From positions 3,684 to 67,683 of the forward strand of contig CAIXWQ010001121.1 in NCBI GenBank assembly GCA_903923175.1: DNA of 64,000 bases, read 5' to 3'. The notes beneath the pieces are model-generated. The model did not search any database, was not told the DNA's origin, and saw only the letters and a list, made by a program, of their open reading frames with translations. The translations under genes were made by a program, and so were the position numbers. Below are positions 1-10,134 of the stretch, one piece after another. Each line of letters opens with the position of its first letter. The first letter of the stretch is position 1. Source of the stretch: an uncultured delta proteobacterium. Its GTDB lineage: Bacteria > Myxococcota_A > Polyangia > Polyangiales > JADJMO01.

Positions 1-189
1 CGCGAGGCCCTCGAGGCGCACGTGGCCGCCGGTCACCGCAACACGGAGTACGAGGCCGTCTACGCGACGTTCATGCGCGCGCACGCCGTCGGCGTGGTCG
101 ACGTGGGCGACGTGCCGTGGACCGAGATCGACTTCGAGGAGGACGTGCGCCGAGCCCGCGAGGAAGTGCTCCCCGCGATCGGCGGCTGA
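1..189 (+). CDS. 3' end of a CDS, C-terminal fragment of a possible sugar/phosphocholine nucleotidyltransferase-like protein
   Basis: Frame 1 is open from the window edge to TGA at 187-189. Third codon positions are nearly all G/C. The peptide ...VPWTEIDFEEDVRRAREEVLPAIGG resembles the C-terminal W-x-EID-x-x-ED motif of LicC-type NTP transferases. The fragment is too short for certainty. Confidence 0.4.
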   Translation, partial: REALEAHVAAGHRNTEYEAVYATFMRAHAVGVVDVGDVPWTEIDFEEDVRRAREEVLPAIGG

Positions 190-849
190 TCAGATCGTCC
201 CCGAGGGGCCGTTCGGCTGCGGGCAGGGGGCCTGCGCCGCGGAGGTCGCGCCGGGGCTCGACGGAACGACCGCCTTCGGCTTGCCGCCCACCGGCGGAGG
301 CGCGGCGGTCGGCGTGATCGTGGTGGCGATCGTCGGGCCGCCCGGCACGCGCTGCGGCGCGGGTACGGCGCCCGTCGTCGCCGTCGCGAGCGTGGGGGGC
401 GGGGTCGCGAGGCCGACCTTCGTGCCGCTCGCGCCCGTGATGACCGCGCTCGCGCTGCCGATCGGCACGGGCAGGTTCGCCGGGGCCGCGCCCCCGAGCG
501 GGACGGGGACGCTCGTCGGCATCAGCGTCGCGGACCCGGCGGCGCTCGTGCCCGTCGAGGCCGAGGACGCGACCCCCGAGAGGAAGCCCACGAGCGAGCC
601 GTGTCTCGTTCGAGGCGACTCGTCGGCCGCGATGTTCGCGGCGTCCGCGTCGGCGCGCTGCCCGCACGCGACCGCGCCCACGCCGAGGGTCGTGGCGGCC
701 GACACGAGCGCGCCGGCCTGGAGCAGCGTCCGCACCGATGGGAGCGCGCCGCGGGCCGTCGCGCGCACCAACGGACGCGCCGCGTCGTGGTCGCGTCGCG
801 CGAGCGGCGACAGGCTGGATTTGCGGCGAAGCGCGTCGGTCTCGGCCAT
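190..849 (-). CDS. Ala/Pro/Thr/Gly-rich putative lipoprotein (hypothetical)
   Basis: 219-aa ORF with consistent GC3 bias. The N-terminus has a signal-like segment ending in a lipobox-like GAVAC-G. The rest is a low-complexity secreted-type sequence. Its stop abuts the stop of the upstream convergent CDS. Confidence 0.55.
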   Translation of the reverse strand: MAETDALRRKSSLSPLARRDHDAARPLVRATARGALPSVRTLLQAGALVSAATTLGVGAVACGQRADADAANIAADESPRTRHGSLVGFLSGVASSASTGTSAAGSATLMPTSVPVPLGGAAPANLPVPIGSASAVITGASGTKVGLATPPPTLATATTGAVPAPQRVPGGPTIATTITPTAAPPPVGGKPKAVVPSSPGATSAAQAPCPQPNGPSGTI

Positions 850-1067
850 GGACCTCTCCTACGCGCGAGCGCGCCGGACGATCTACGACGCCGGCTCGTC
901 CGCGACGTCGCCGATCCTCGCATCGGTCGGGGCGGGTCGGTGGGCGTTTCGTCGGTGCGCGGGTCGGCCGATGGCCTACGCTGGAGCCGGCCGCGCACCC
1001 GCCGGGGAAGACGCCGCGCCCCGCCGGTCGTTCTCCGCTCGTGCCCTATGACGCCCTTGCCGCCGAG

Positions 1068-2537
<1,470 letters not shown>

Positions 2538-2578
2538 CGCGCCCTCTCGGGCCCGAGCGTGTTAGCGTGCCGGACAAC

Positions 2579-4033
2579 ATGGTCGATCCCGACACGCTGC
2601 TCGACGATCCCGCCATCACGACCGCCGCCGGCACCGCCCACGCGCGCGCCGATCGCGATCTCGCCACGCTGCTCGCGATCGCCGACGACGTCGTCGCGCG
2701 CGTCCGCAAGCGCGGCGCCGACGTCGCGGAGGTGGTCGTGCGCTCGGGGAGCGAGCTTTCGGCGCGTGTCCGCCTCGGCGAGCCCGAGCTCGTCGAGGAG
2801 GCGGGGCACCGCGCGCTCGGCATGCGACTGATGAAGCGGGACGGCTCGAGCGGCGCGCTGCGCGTCGCGCTCACGTCGACCAGCGACACGACCGACGAGG
2901 GGATCGAGAACTTCCTGCAGGACGCGCTCGAGCTGGTCGATCTCGCCCAGCCCGATCCGTTCGCCGGTCCGCCGGACGCGTCGCTGCTGACGCGCGGCCC
3001 CTGGGCCGAGCTCGATCTCCACGACCCCGCCTGCGCGACCGTCGACGCCGCCGAGGCCGTCCGGCGCGCGCGCGAGGCCGAGGAGGCCGCGCGCAGCTTC
3101 GATCCGCGCATCACCAACAGCGAGGGGGCGACGTTCGCGCGCACCCAGGGCGCGGTCGTGCTCGTCACCAGCGGCGGCTTCCGCGGCGGCTACCGCGGCT
3201 CGTACGCCTCGCTCGTGGTCACGCCGGTCGCCGACGAGGTCGGCACCGAGAAGAAGCGCCGCGGTTACCACTGGTCGGCGAAGCGCACGCTCGCGCTCCT
3301 CGACGATCCGAAGGCCGTGGGGCGCGAGGCCGCGCGCCGCACGCTGCGCAAGCTCGGCGCCAAGAAGGTGCCGACGCAGGAGTGCCCGGTCGTGTTCGAC
3401 CCCGACGCGGGGCGATCGATCCTCGGGCTGCTCGCCGGCTGCCTCTCCGGTGGCGCGATCTACCGCAAGTCGAGCTACCTCGTCGATCGCGAAGGGACCA
3501 AGGTCGCCTCGGAGCTCGTCACGATCGACGACGATCCCACGCTCGCGGGCGCGCCGGGCTCGCGCCCGTTCGACGGCGAGGGGCTCGCCTCGCGCAAGCA
3601 GTCGATCGTCGACGCAGGCTCGCTCCGCACGTACTTGCTCGACAGCTACTCGGCCCGCAAGCTCGGCAAGGCGCCGACCGGCAGCGCCTCTCGCGGCGGC
3701 AGCGGCGGCGTCGGCCCCTCGACCTCGAACTTCGTGCTGCGCCCCGGCTCCACCAAGGCCGCCGACGTGGTGAAGCAGACCAAGCGCGGCCTGTACGTCA
3801 CCGAGATGATGGGCTTCGGGTTCAACGCCGTGACCGGCGATTTCTCCCGCGGCGCGTCGGGCTTCTGGATCGAGGACGGCGAGCTCGCCTTCCCGGTCAG
3901 CGAGGTCACCATCTCGCTCAACCTCGATCAGCTCCTCGCGCGCATCGATCTCGTCGGCGACGACCTCGATCTGCGCACGTCCATCGCCGCGCCGACGTTT
4001 CGCGTGAGCGCCATGACGCTCGCCGGCGGCTGA
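2579..4033 (+). CDS. pmbA: PmbA/TldE-family metalloprotease modulator
   Basis: Full-length similarity pattern to the PmbA/TldD family (…ITNSEGA…, …GLYVTEMMGFGFNAVTGDFSRGASGFWIEDGE…). ATG at 2579; an in-frame GTG at 2567 is also possible. The long upstream extension of the 945-aa ORF overlaps the NtrC gene and is rejected. Confidence 0.85.
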   Translation: MVDPDTLLDDPAITTAAGTAHARADRDLATLLAIADDVVARVRKRGADVAEVVVRSGSELSARVRLGEPELVEEAGHRALGMRLMKRDGSSGALRVALTSTSDTTDEGIENFLQDALELVDLAQPDPFAGPPDASLLTRGPWAELDLHDPACATVDAAEAVRRAREAEEAARSFDPRITNSEGATFARTQGAVVLVTSGGFRGGYRGSYASLVVTPVADEVGTEKKRRGYHWSAKRTLALLDDPKAVGREAARRTLRKLGAKKVPTQECPVVFDPDAGRSILGLLAGCLSGGAIYRKSSYLVDREGTKVASELVTIDDDPTLAGAPGSRPFDGEGLASRKQSIVDAGSLRTYLLDSYSARKLGKAPTGSASRGGSGGVGPSTSNFVLRPGSTKAADVVKQTKRGLYVTEMMGFGFNAVTGDFSRGASGFWIEDGELAFPVSEVTISLNLDQLLARIDLVGDDLDLRTSIAAPTFRVSAMTLAGG

Positions 4034-4048
4034 CGAGAGCCTCTCGTC
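4032..4048. terminator. Perfect GC-rich hairpin between convergent genes (possible bidirectional terminator)
   Basis: GACGAGAG-c-CTCTCGTC lies in the 21-nt gap between the pmbA stop (4033) and the kinase stop (4055). There is no U-tract. Confidence 0.35.
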
Positions 4049-4054
4049 GGGCGC

Positions 4055-7000
4055 TCACCCCGCCAGCGCGGCGGCCGCGGCGATGGCCTCGTCGCAGTCG
4101 ACGAGCATCGCCGTCATGGTGAGCTGCTGCGCCATGTCGCGCGCGCGCCCGAGCTCCTCGAGCGCGAGCGCGCGCTGCCCCTCGTGCGCGTACAGCAGCC
4201 CGAGCAGGTAGCGCGCGTTGTACTCGTCCCACGGCGAGCCGCGCTGGTGGCTGTACGCGATGTTCTCCGCGAGGCGCGCCTTGGCTTGCGGGTCGCCCGC
4301 GACGCCGTCGAGGTACGCGAGGGGCGCGCGGTCGATCGCGACCAGCCGGTCATGGCCGCCTTCTTCGGCGAGCGCCATCGACTGCCGCAGCACGGCGTAG
4401 GCCGCGGGGAAGTCGCGCAGCCGGATTCGCGTGTCGCCGAGGTTGTAGAGGTTGATGGCCGACTCGTAGGTGAGCCCAGCCTCGCGCGCGAGCTCCGCGG
4501 CGCGTTCGAACTCGGGCATCGAGAGCCGGAAGTCCCGCGCGAACGAGTACACGAGCCCGCGTGTCTTGGCGCGCTCCGCGGCGCGCACGGGCGTGTCGCC
4601 GATGCGCGCGGTGAGCGACTCCGCGCGGTGTACGTATGCGAGCGCCTTGTCGCGCCCCGCGGGGCCTTCGACGGCGGCGGTGGCGAGGCCGAGGCGCACG
4701 AACGCGTCGTAGAGCTCCGCGAGGTCGGCTTGCCCTTGGCCGAGCATCGGCTCGAGCCGACGCAGGTACTCCGCCGCCTCTCCGAACTCGCCGGTGCGGT
4801 TGGCGAGCTCCGCCCGCGCGGTGAGCACGCGGCGTAGGTCGCGTTCGACGCCCCGACAGAGCGCCTCCGCCTGGTCGAACGCGGCGCGGGCGCGCTCGAA
4901 CTGCGAGGCCCCGCCGAAGCCACGCCCCGCGTCGATGAACGCCTCGCGGCGCAGCTCCTCGGAGCCCCCCTCGAGCCGCGCGAGCGCCCGCTCCATCGCG
5001 ACCGGCGCGTCTTCGGCGCTGCGACCGACCCCGCGCGCGGTCACCAGCGCCGCGCCGAGCGCGTGCAGCCAGCGCGCGACGTCCTCGCGGGGAACGCGCT
5101 GCAGATCTCCCACGAGCAGCCCGCGACCGAGATCGCGCGCGGCGGCCTCGGCCCGCCCGGCAGCGGCGTGCTGCTCGCCGGAGCGGAGGTACGCGTCGGC
5201 GGCGCGCTCGCGATCGCCCCCTTCGAGCAGGTGATGCCCCACGCGCTCGAGCGGTGGCTCGGGGAGCGAGAGGAGCGCCTGCGCGATGGCCGCGTGCAGC
5301 TCCCGCTTCGCCTCGGTCGGCGCCGCGTCGAGCACGATGTCGCGCGCGATCGGCGAGACGAACCCGACGCTGCGCTCGCCCAGGCGACGGAGGATGGCGG
5401 CGTCTTCGAGGGGACCGAGCAGCCGCTCGAGATCCGCGATCGGCTCGCCCGCGCTCGTCGCGAGGAGGCCGATCTCGGCGGGCTCGCCGAGCAGCGCGAT
5501 GGCCGTCAGCACGGCGCGCTCCTTCTGCGAGCGCTTCGCGATGCGCGAAGCGACGAGGCCGCGCAGCGACTTGGGCAGGTCGATCGACTCGCCGACGTCG
5601 CGCAGCTCGGCGCTCAGGATCGGCTGCGCGCCTGGCTCGGTCGGGATCGAGATGTTCTCGATCGCGCCGGCCTCGAGCATCGCTCGCAAGAGCTCTTCGA
5701 CGTAGAGCGGGTTGCCGCTGGTGCGCGCTTCGACGAACGCGAGCAGCTCCGGCGCGAGATCGCGAACGCCGAGCCGCGTCGCGATGATGCGCTGGACGTC
5801 GTCGCGCCGCAGCTCGGGGAGCACGAGCACGTGCTGCTGCACCGGCTTCGCGTCAATCGTCGGCTCGTCGGCGATCGAGATGGGGAGCCGCTCCCCCTCG
5901 AGGCCGGCGAACAGCAGCACGACGCGCGTCGCGGCGACCATCCGCACCACGGAGCCGAGGACCGCCGCCGAGGATGGGTCCATCGACTGCACGTCGTCCC
6001 ACGCGAGCGCCTGCAGGCGATCGTCGCAGAGGCGCGAGATCATGTGCGCGAGCGCGAGCGCAGCGTGCTCCTGCACCGCGTCCGAGTCCTGCGCCCGCGG
6101 ATCGCCGCCGGCGCGCACGAGCTCGAGGACGGTGCGCTGCTCGTCTTCGCCGAGGCCGAGCGCGCGCAGGCGAGGTCGCACCGCCGACACCTTCGGCTCC
6201 GCGTCGCCCTCCTCGATGCCGCACAGCACGCGAAGCATCGCCGCGATCGCGGAGAGCGGCTGGTCGCGGCCGTGCGGCGGACACGCGGCGAGGTACCAGC
6301 CGACGTTGTAGGCGCCGCGCTGCAGTCGCCGCTGGATTTCGTGCATCAGGCGCGTCTTGCCGACGCCGACCGCGCCTTGGATGGTCAGCACGCGCGCGCG
6401 CCGGCGCGTCGCCGCCGCGAGGATCTCGCCGATGACGCGGAGCTCTTCGCGCCGGCCGACGAACTTCGCGTACGTCTCGCTGGCCGGCTTGCGGCGCTTG
6501 ATCAGCAGCCCGGTCGTGATCGCCAGGGCGCGCCCGCCGGGCGGCAGCGGCTCGAGCTCGACGAGCTGGTCGACGTGGCGCGAGGCCGCGGTCGAGATGG
6601 CCGCCGCCCCCTCGCGCGCCCGGGCGAGCTCGCGCGCCGCCGACACGAGCGTTCCGAGGCGATCATCCGCGGTCACGGCGCCGTCCGCGTCGAGCACGAC
6701 CCGACCCGCGTGGATGCCGAGCCCGCTCGTCGGCGCGACCTCGCGCAGCGTGCGCGCGAGCACCAGGGCGCAGCGAACCGCGAACTCGGTGTCGCGGCCG
6801 TCGGGCGCGGCGACGCCGAAGAGCGCGACGACGCGCCCCTCGCCCTGCTCGTGTACTGCGCCGCCATAGCGGGTCATCACGCGCACGCACTCGGCCTCGA
6901 TCGCCGACGGATCGGCCGTCTGGAGCGCGTCCGCCCCGATCTCGAGCGCGAGCGCCGTCACCTCGCGTTGCTCGCCGAGGCTCGCGGCGCGCGCCAGGCC

Positions 7001-8299
7001 GCTGCTGCCGTCGGCGCCGACGACGCTGCCGGTGCCACGTGGCGGGGCGGTGACGACGTCGGACGCATCGGGGACCTCGACGGGCGTGTGCGCGAGCCCC
7101 TCTTCGACGTCACCGAAGGAATCGTCGCCGTGGCTGGTTCCGGGCCGGGGCTGCGTGGCGCGCAGATCGCGCGACTCGCGCAGCGTCGTGAGCAGCTCGC
7201 TGAGCGGGTGGGCGCCGAAGCGCTCGCCGGACGAGTAGAGGAACGCGAGCAGATCGTCGTGCAGACGCGCGGCGTCGGCGTAGCGATCGGCGGGCTTCTG
7301 CGCGAGGGTCTTGCGCAGGATGTCGGCGAACTCGCGCGGCACGTCGGGGCGCGCGAGCTCGAGCGGTGGCGCTTCGGCGGCGCGGACGCGGCGGAGGGTC
7401 TCGAAGACCGTGGGCGCGGCGAAGGGGTTGGTGCCGGCCAGCATCTCGTAGACGACGACGCCGAGCGACCAGATGTCGCTGCGGGCGTCGACCGGCTCGC
7501 CGTTCGCCTGCTCCGGGCTCAGGTAGGCGTACTTGCCGCGGATCGGGATGCGCCCGTCGGCCCGCGGCCGATCGTCGTCGTCGGCGTCGAGGGTGTCCTT
7601 CGCCTTGGCGATGCCGAAGTCGGTGACCTTGACCTCGCCCTCGTAGCTGAGGAGCACGTTCTGCGGGCTCACGTCGCGGTGCACGACGCCCAGCGGGCGG
7701 AGCTGCTCGTCGCGCCGGCGGTGGGCATGGTCGAGCCCCTTGGCGACCTCGGCGGCGACGTACGCCGCCGTGGCGACCGAGATCTGCGCGCCGTGCCGCC
7801 GCGCCCACGCGAGCATCGTCGCGAGGTCGAGGCCGTGCACGAACTCCATTGCGATGAAGAGCGAGTCGGCCACGCGTCCGAGGTCGAAGACCTGGACGAC
7901 GTTGGCGTGCGACAGGCGCACCGCGAGCTTCGCCTCGCGCACGAACATCTCCACGAACTTCGGCTCGCGGGCGAGCTGCGGGAGGATCCGCTTGATGACG
8001 AGGACCTTCTCGAAGCCCTCCACGCCGAACGACTTCGCGCGGAAGACCTCGGCCATCCCGCCCTGGCCGATCTTCTCGAGCAGCGTGTACCGGCCGAATG
8101 CCGTCTGGGCCCCCTCCGTCGCCGGGGCCGCCGCATCCGCCGTGCTGCTCGACTCGATTGCCACCCTCGACCCCACCCTAGAGCGAACTCGCGCCCGCGG
8201 GTCGGAGGGACGAGCGGGCCGGACAGGCTCCTCGTGCCCCGCCGGTCGGGCTCCTCTCTCGAGGCGGCCGAGCTGCGAGCGTGACGAGCATGCTACCAC
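4055..8299 (-). CDS. Multidomain Ser/Thr protein kinase, degenerate class III cyclase-like domain, AAA/STAND ATPase and TPR-like repeats
   Basis: Kinase subdomains are present (GQGGMAEVF…VIKRI, HRDVSPQNVLL, DFGIAK, YLSPEQ). These are followed by a cyclase-homology-like segment (REVTALALEI…), an ATPase P-loop GAVGVGKT, and a long helical/TPR-like C-terminus. The start is uncertain (ATG 8299 or GTG 8164). Confidence 0.9.
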   Translation of the reverse strand: MVACSSRSQLGRLERGARPAGHEEPVRPARPSDPRARVRSRVGSRVAIESSSTADAAAPATEGAQTAFGRYTLLEKIGQGGMAEVFRAKSFGVEGFEKVLVIKRILPQLAREPKFVEMFVREAKLAVRLSHANVVQVFDLGRVADSLFIAMEFVHGLDLATMLAWARRHGAQISVATAAYVAAEVAKGLDHAHRRRDEQLRPLGVVHRDVSPQNVLLSYEGEVKVTDFGIAKAKDTLDADDDDRPRADGRIPIRGKYAYLSPEQANGEPVDARSDIWSLGVVVYEMLAGTNPFAAPTVFETLRRVRAAEAPPLELARPDVPREFADILRKTLAQKPADRYADAARLHDDLLAFLYSSGERFGAHPLSELLTTLRESRDLRATQPRPGTSHGDDSFGDVEEGLAHTPVEVPDASDVVTAPPRGTGSVVGADGSSGLARAASLGEQREVTALALEIGADALQTADPSAIEAECVRVMTRYGGAVHEQGEGRVVALFGVAAPDGRDTEFAVRCALVLARTLREVAPTSGLGIHAGRVVLDADGAVTADDRLGTLVSAARELARAREGAAAISTAASRHVDQLVELEPLPPGGRALAITTGLLIKRRKPASETYAKFVGRREELRVIGEILAAATRRRARVLTIQGAVGVGKTRLMHEIQRRLQRGAYNVGWYLAACPPHGRDQPLSAIAAMLRVLCGIEEGDAEPKVSAVRPRLRALGLGEDEQRTVLELVRAGGDPRAQDSDAVQEHAALALAHMISRLCDDRLQALAWDDVQSMDPSSAAVLGSVVRMVAATRVVLLFAGLEGERLPISIADEPTIDAKPVQQHVLVLPELRRDDVQRIIATRLGVRDLAPELLAFVEARTSGNPLYVEELLRAMLEAGAIENISIPTEPGAQPILSAELRDVGESIDLPKSLRGLVASRIAKRSQKERAVLTAIALLGEPAEIGLLATSAGEPIADLERLLGPLEDAAILRRLGERSVGFVSPIARDIVLDAAPTEAKRELHAAIAQALLSLPEPPLERVGHHLLEGGDRERAADAYLRSGEQHAAAGRAEAAARDLGRGLLVGDLQRVPREDVARWLHALGAALVTARGVGRSAEDAPVAMERALARLEGGSEELRREAFIDAGRGFGGASQFERARAAFDQAEALCRGVERDLRRVLTARAELANRTGEFGEAAEYLRRLEPMLGQGQADLAELYDAFVRLGLATAAVEGPAGRDKALAYVHRAESLTARIGDTPVRAAERAKTRGLVYSFARDFRLSMPEFERAAELAREAGLTYESAINLYNLGDTRIRLRDFPAAYAVLRQSMALAEEGGHDRLVAIDRAPLAYLDGVAGDPQAKARLAENIAYSHQRGSPWDEYNARYLLGLLYAHEGQRALALEELGRARDMAQQLTMTAMLVDCDEAIAAAAALAG

Positions 8300-8335
8300 G
8301 CCAACGAGCGAGGTCTCGGCGTTGTTCTCCCCCGA

Positions 8336-8833
8336 CTACGGGCCAGGGGGCGCGTTGCACCGGTTTGCGTCGATGCTCGCGACGGCGAGGGCGAGCGCCT
8401 TGGGCGGGGTCCGCAGCCGGCACGCGCGCAGCAAGGCGCGCGCGGTCGCGTCGTTCGGTGCCCCGGCCGCGCGTTCGATGGCGTCGACGGTCCGGAGGAG
8501 GAACGCCTCGCGCTCGCGCGTGCGCTCGGTGTGCGGGGCGTAGACCTCTTGGAACGCCCGCCAGACCTCGCCGAGCTTCGCCTCGGCCGCCGCCTGCTCG
8601 CGCGCGATCGCCTGCAGGCACGCCGCGTCGACGCGCCGTCCGTCGACCTGCACTGCGAGGCCCTGCTGCCGCGCCCAGGCGGCGAGCGCCGCGAGCCGGG
8701 TCGCCACCCGATCGGACGCTCGCGGCGCGAGGGGCTCGCTCGGGCGATGGCGCGGCGGGCGCGCGCGAGGCTTCGGCGAGGACGTGAGCGTCGGGGCGCG
8801 GTCGCAGGTCGACCGGCGGTTCGATTCGGACAT
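8336..8833 (-). CDS. Hypothetical protein
   Basis: 165-aa ORF with good GC3 bias. The C-terminal two thirds look helical (…LQAIAREQAAAEAKLGEVWRAFQEVY…). No recognisable motif. The true start may be internal. Confidence 0.45.
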   Translation of the reverse strand: MSESNRRSTCDRAPTLTSSPKPRARPPRHRPSEPLAPRASDRVATRLAALAAWARQQGLAVQVDGRRVDAACLQAIAREQAAAEAKLGEVWRAFQEVYAPHTERTREREAFLLRTVDAIERAAGAPNDATARALLRACRLRTPPKALALAVASIDANRCNAPPGP

Positions 8834-8940
8834 GTGGGCTCCGTTCGGCGGGGGAGGGGCAAGCTGCGCCCGCCGGTGGAGGTCGACCGGAGTGCGACGC
8901 GAGTTGCGCGCGGCGAGGCTCGCGCCCCCGCAAGGGCACT

Positions 8941-9711
8941 TCAGGGCACGACCTCGAGAGCCTGATCGACCGGCGCGACGTGCCCGACCGCCAGCCGTAG
9001 GGCGTGCACCTTCGGGGGCGGCGTCGCCGCGTCGACGCCTCGTGCGACGTCGAACACCGGTCCCCAGGCAGCGCTCGGCTGGCTGTTGAAGCGCAGCTCC
9101 CCCTCCGCGCAGTGATCGTCGAGGCGACGAACGACCGCGAGGACGCCGTCGACCGGAGGCCGTCGCTCATGTGCCCGCACCAGCACGCCCTTGGCTTCCA
9201 GCCCGACGGTGACCGACGCGTCTGGCCCGATCCAGGCGGTCGCGAAGCACGTCGCGGCGCCGAGCCCGAGGCCGGGCGAGACGTGGACGGAGGCCTCCGG
9301 AGCGCCCACGCCCGGGGTCGAGAGCTCCCAGGCGCCGACGCCTGCCTCCACGCCTGCGCTGATCACGCGCCAGAGCTGGCCGTAGGGGACGTCGCGCGCG
9401 ACGCGCATCCGCGCCGAGGCGCCGCGCAGATTGCGTGCGAGCTTCTGCATCGGCGCGGTGAGCTGGGGCACCGGCTCCTGGAGATCGCCGGCGAGCGAGA
9501 GCGGCGTGGTCGCGCCGTACGCGACGAACGCGGAGCGCCTAAGCTCGAGGTCGAAGCGCGGCGCCTCGGCGCTGGCAGCGACGCTCACCGACGGCGCAGG
9601 CGACGCGTCGGACGCGTCGGTCGTGCGACGACGGCAGCCCGTCGTAGCGGCTGCGACGCAAGCTGCGAGCGCGGCCCACCGGCAGAAGCTCGGCGGAAGA
9701 GCGGACTTCAC
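8941..9711 (-). CDS. Putative lipoprotein (hypothetical)
   Basis: A GTG at 9711 gives VKSALPPSFCRWAALAACVAAATTGC, a signal peptide with a lipobox. The mature part has no recognised motif. The ORF extension up to 9840 is Arg-rich and is rejected. Confidence 0.6.
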   Translation of the reverse strand: MKSALPPSFCRWAALAACVAAATTGCRRRTTDASDASPAPSVSVAASAEAPRFDLELRRSAFVAYGATTPLSLAGDLQEPVPQLTAPMQKLARNLRGASARMRVARDVPYGQLWRVISAGVEAGVGAWELSTPGVGAPEASVHVSPGLGLGAATCFATAWIGPDASVTVGLEAKGVLVRAHERRPPVDGVLAVVRRLDDHCAEGELRFNSQPSAAWGPVFDVARGVDAATPPPKVHALRLAVGHVAPVDQALEVVP

Positions 9712-9821
9712 GCGACGAGCATAGTCCGTCCCGCGCCGAGCCTGCGAAGGGCTTGACCGCCTCGCTCGCCCCGGCCTAGAGCGGCCGCGCACCGCGTCGA
9801 GGCTTCGGCCTCTCGCGATGC

Positions 9822-10002
9822 CGTCGGGGCGGTCTCGCAAGCTGCGAGCGCAATAGGGAAGCCGGTGTCAAATCCGGCGCGGCCCCCGCCACGGTGACCG
9901 GGGACGAACGCGAGCAATGCCACTGAGCTCCGCCGTGAGGGGGCGCTCGGGAAGGGCTCGCGGGAGGACGATCCGGGAGCCCGGAGACCTGCCGCTCCGA
10001 CG
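9822..10002 (+). promoter_or_regulatory. Cobalamin (B12) riboswitch aptamer
   Basis: All hallmark blocks are present in order. These are AATAGGGAAGCCGGTG-TCAAATCCGGCGCGGCCCCCGCCACGGTGA, GCCACTG, GGGAAGG, and the B12 box AGCCCGGAGACCTGCC (9978-9993). P1 can form between CGTCGGgGCGG (9822-) and CCGCtCCGACG (-10002). It sits in a 423-nt divergent intergenic region, 133 nt upstream of the ATG at 10135. A weak TTGACC (9753-9758)/TAGAGC promoter-like pair lies upstream. Confidence 0.9.
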
Positions 10003-10134
10003 AAATGGACGAGATCGCGCGGGGCGTGCGATCGCGGATCGCCTGGGCCGAGAGGCCCCGTCGCCGCGCACGCGCACCTCGATCGAGCTCGCCGAACGGC
10101 GGCGCGCGAGTGGGCACGCCGCTCCGGAGGAGCG

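Noticed and set aside
5063-8284. 1073-aa plus-strand ORF
   Set aside because: It is antisense to the kinase/STAND gene, which has unambiguous kinase and P-loop motifs. The translation is low-complexity Arg/Glu/Ala.
9753-9782. TTGACC-N17/18-TAGAGC as the promoter for the riboswitch transcript
   Set aside because: The position is plausible (about 40 nt upstream of P1), but the -10 element is poor. Myxobacterial promoters are hard to call by eye, so it is mentioned only as a hint and not listed as a feature.
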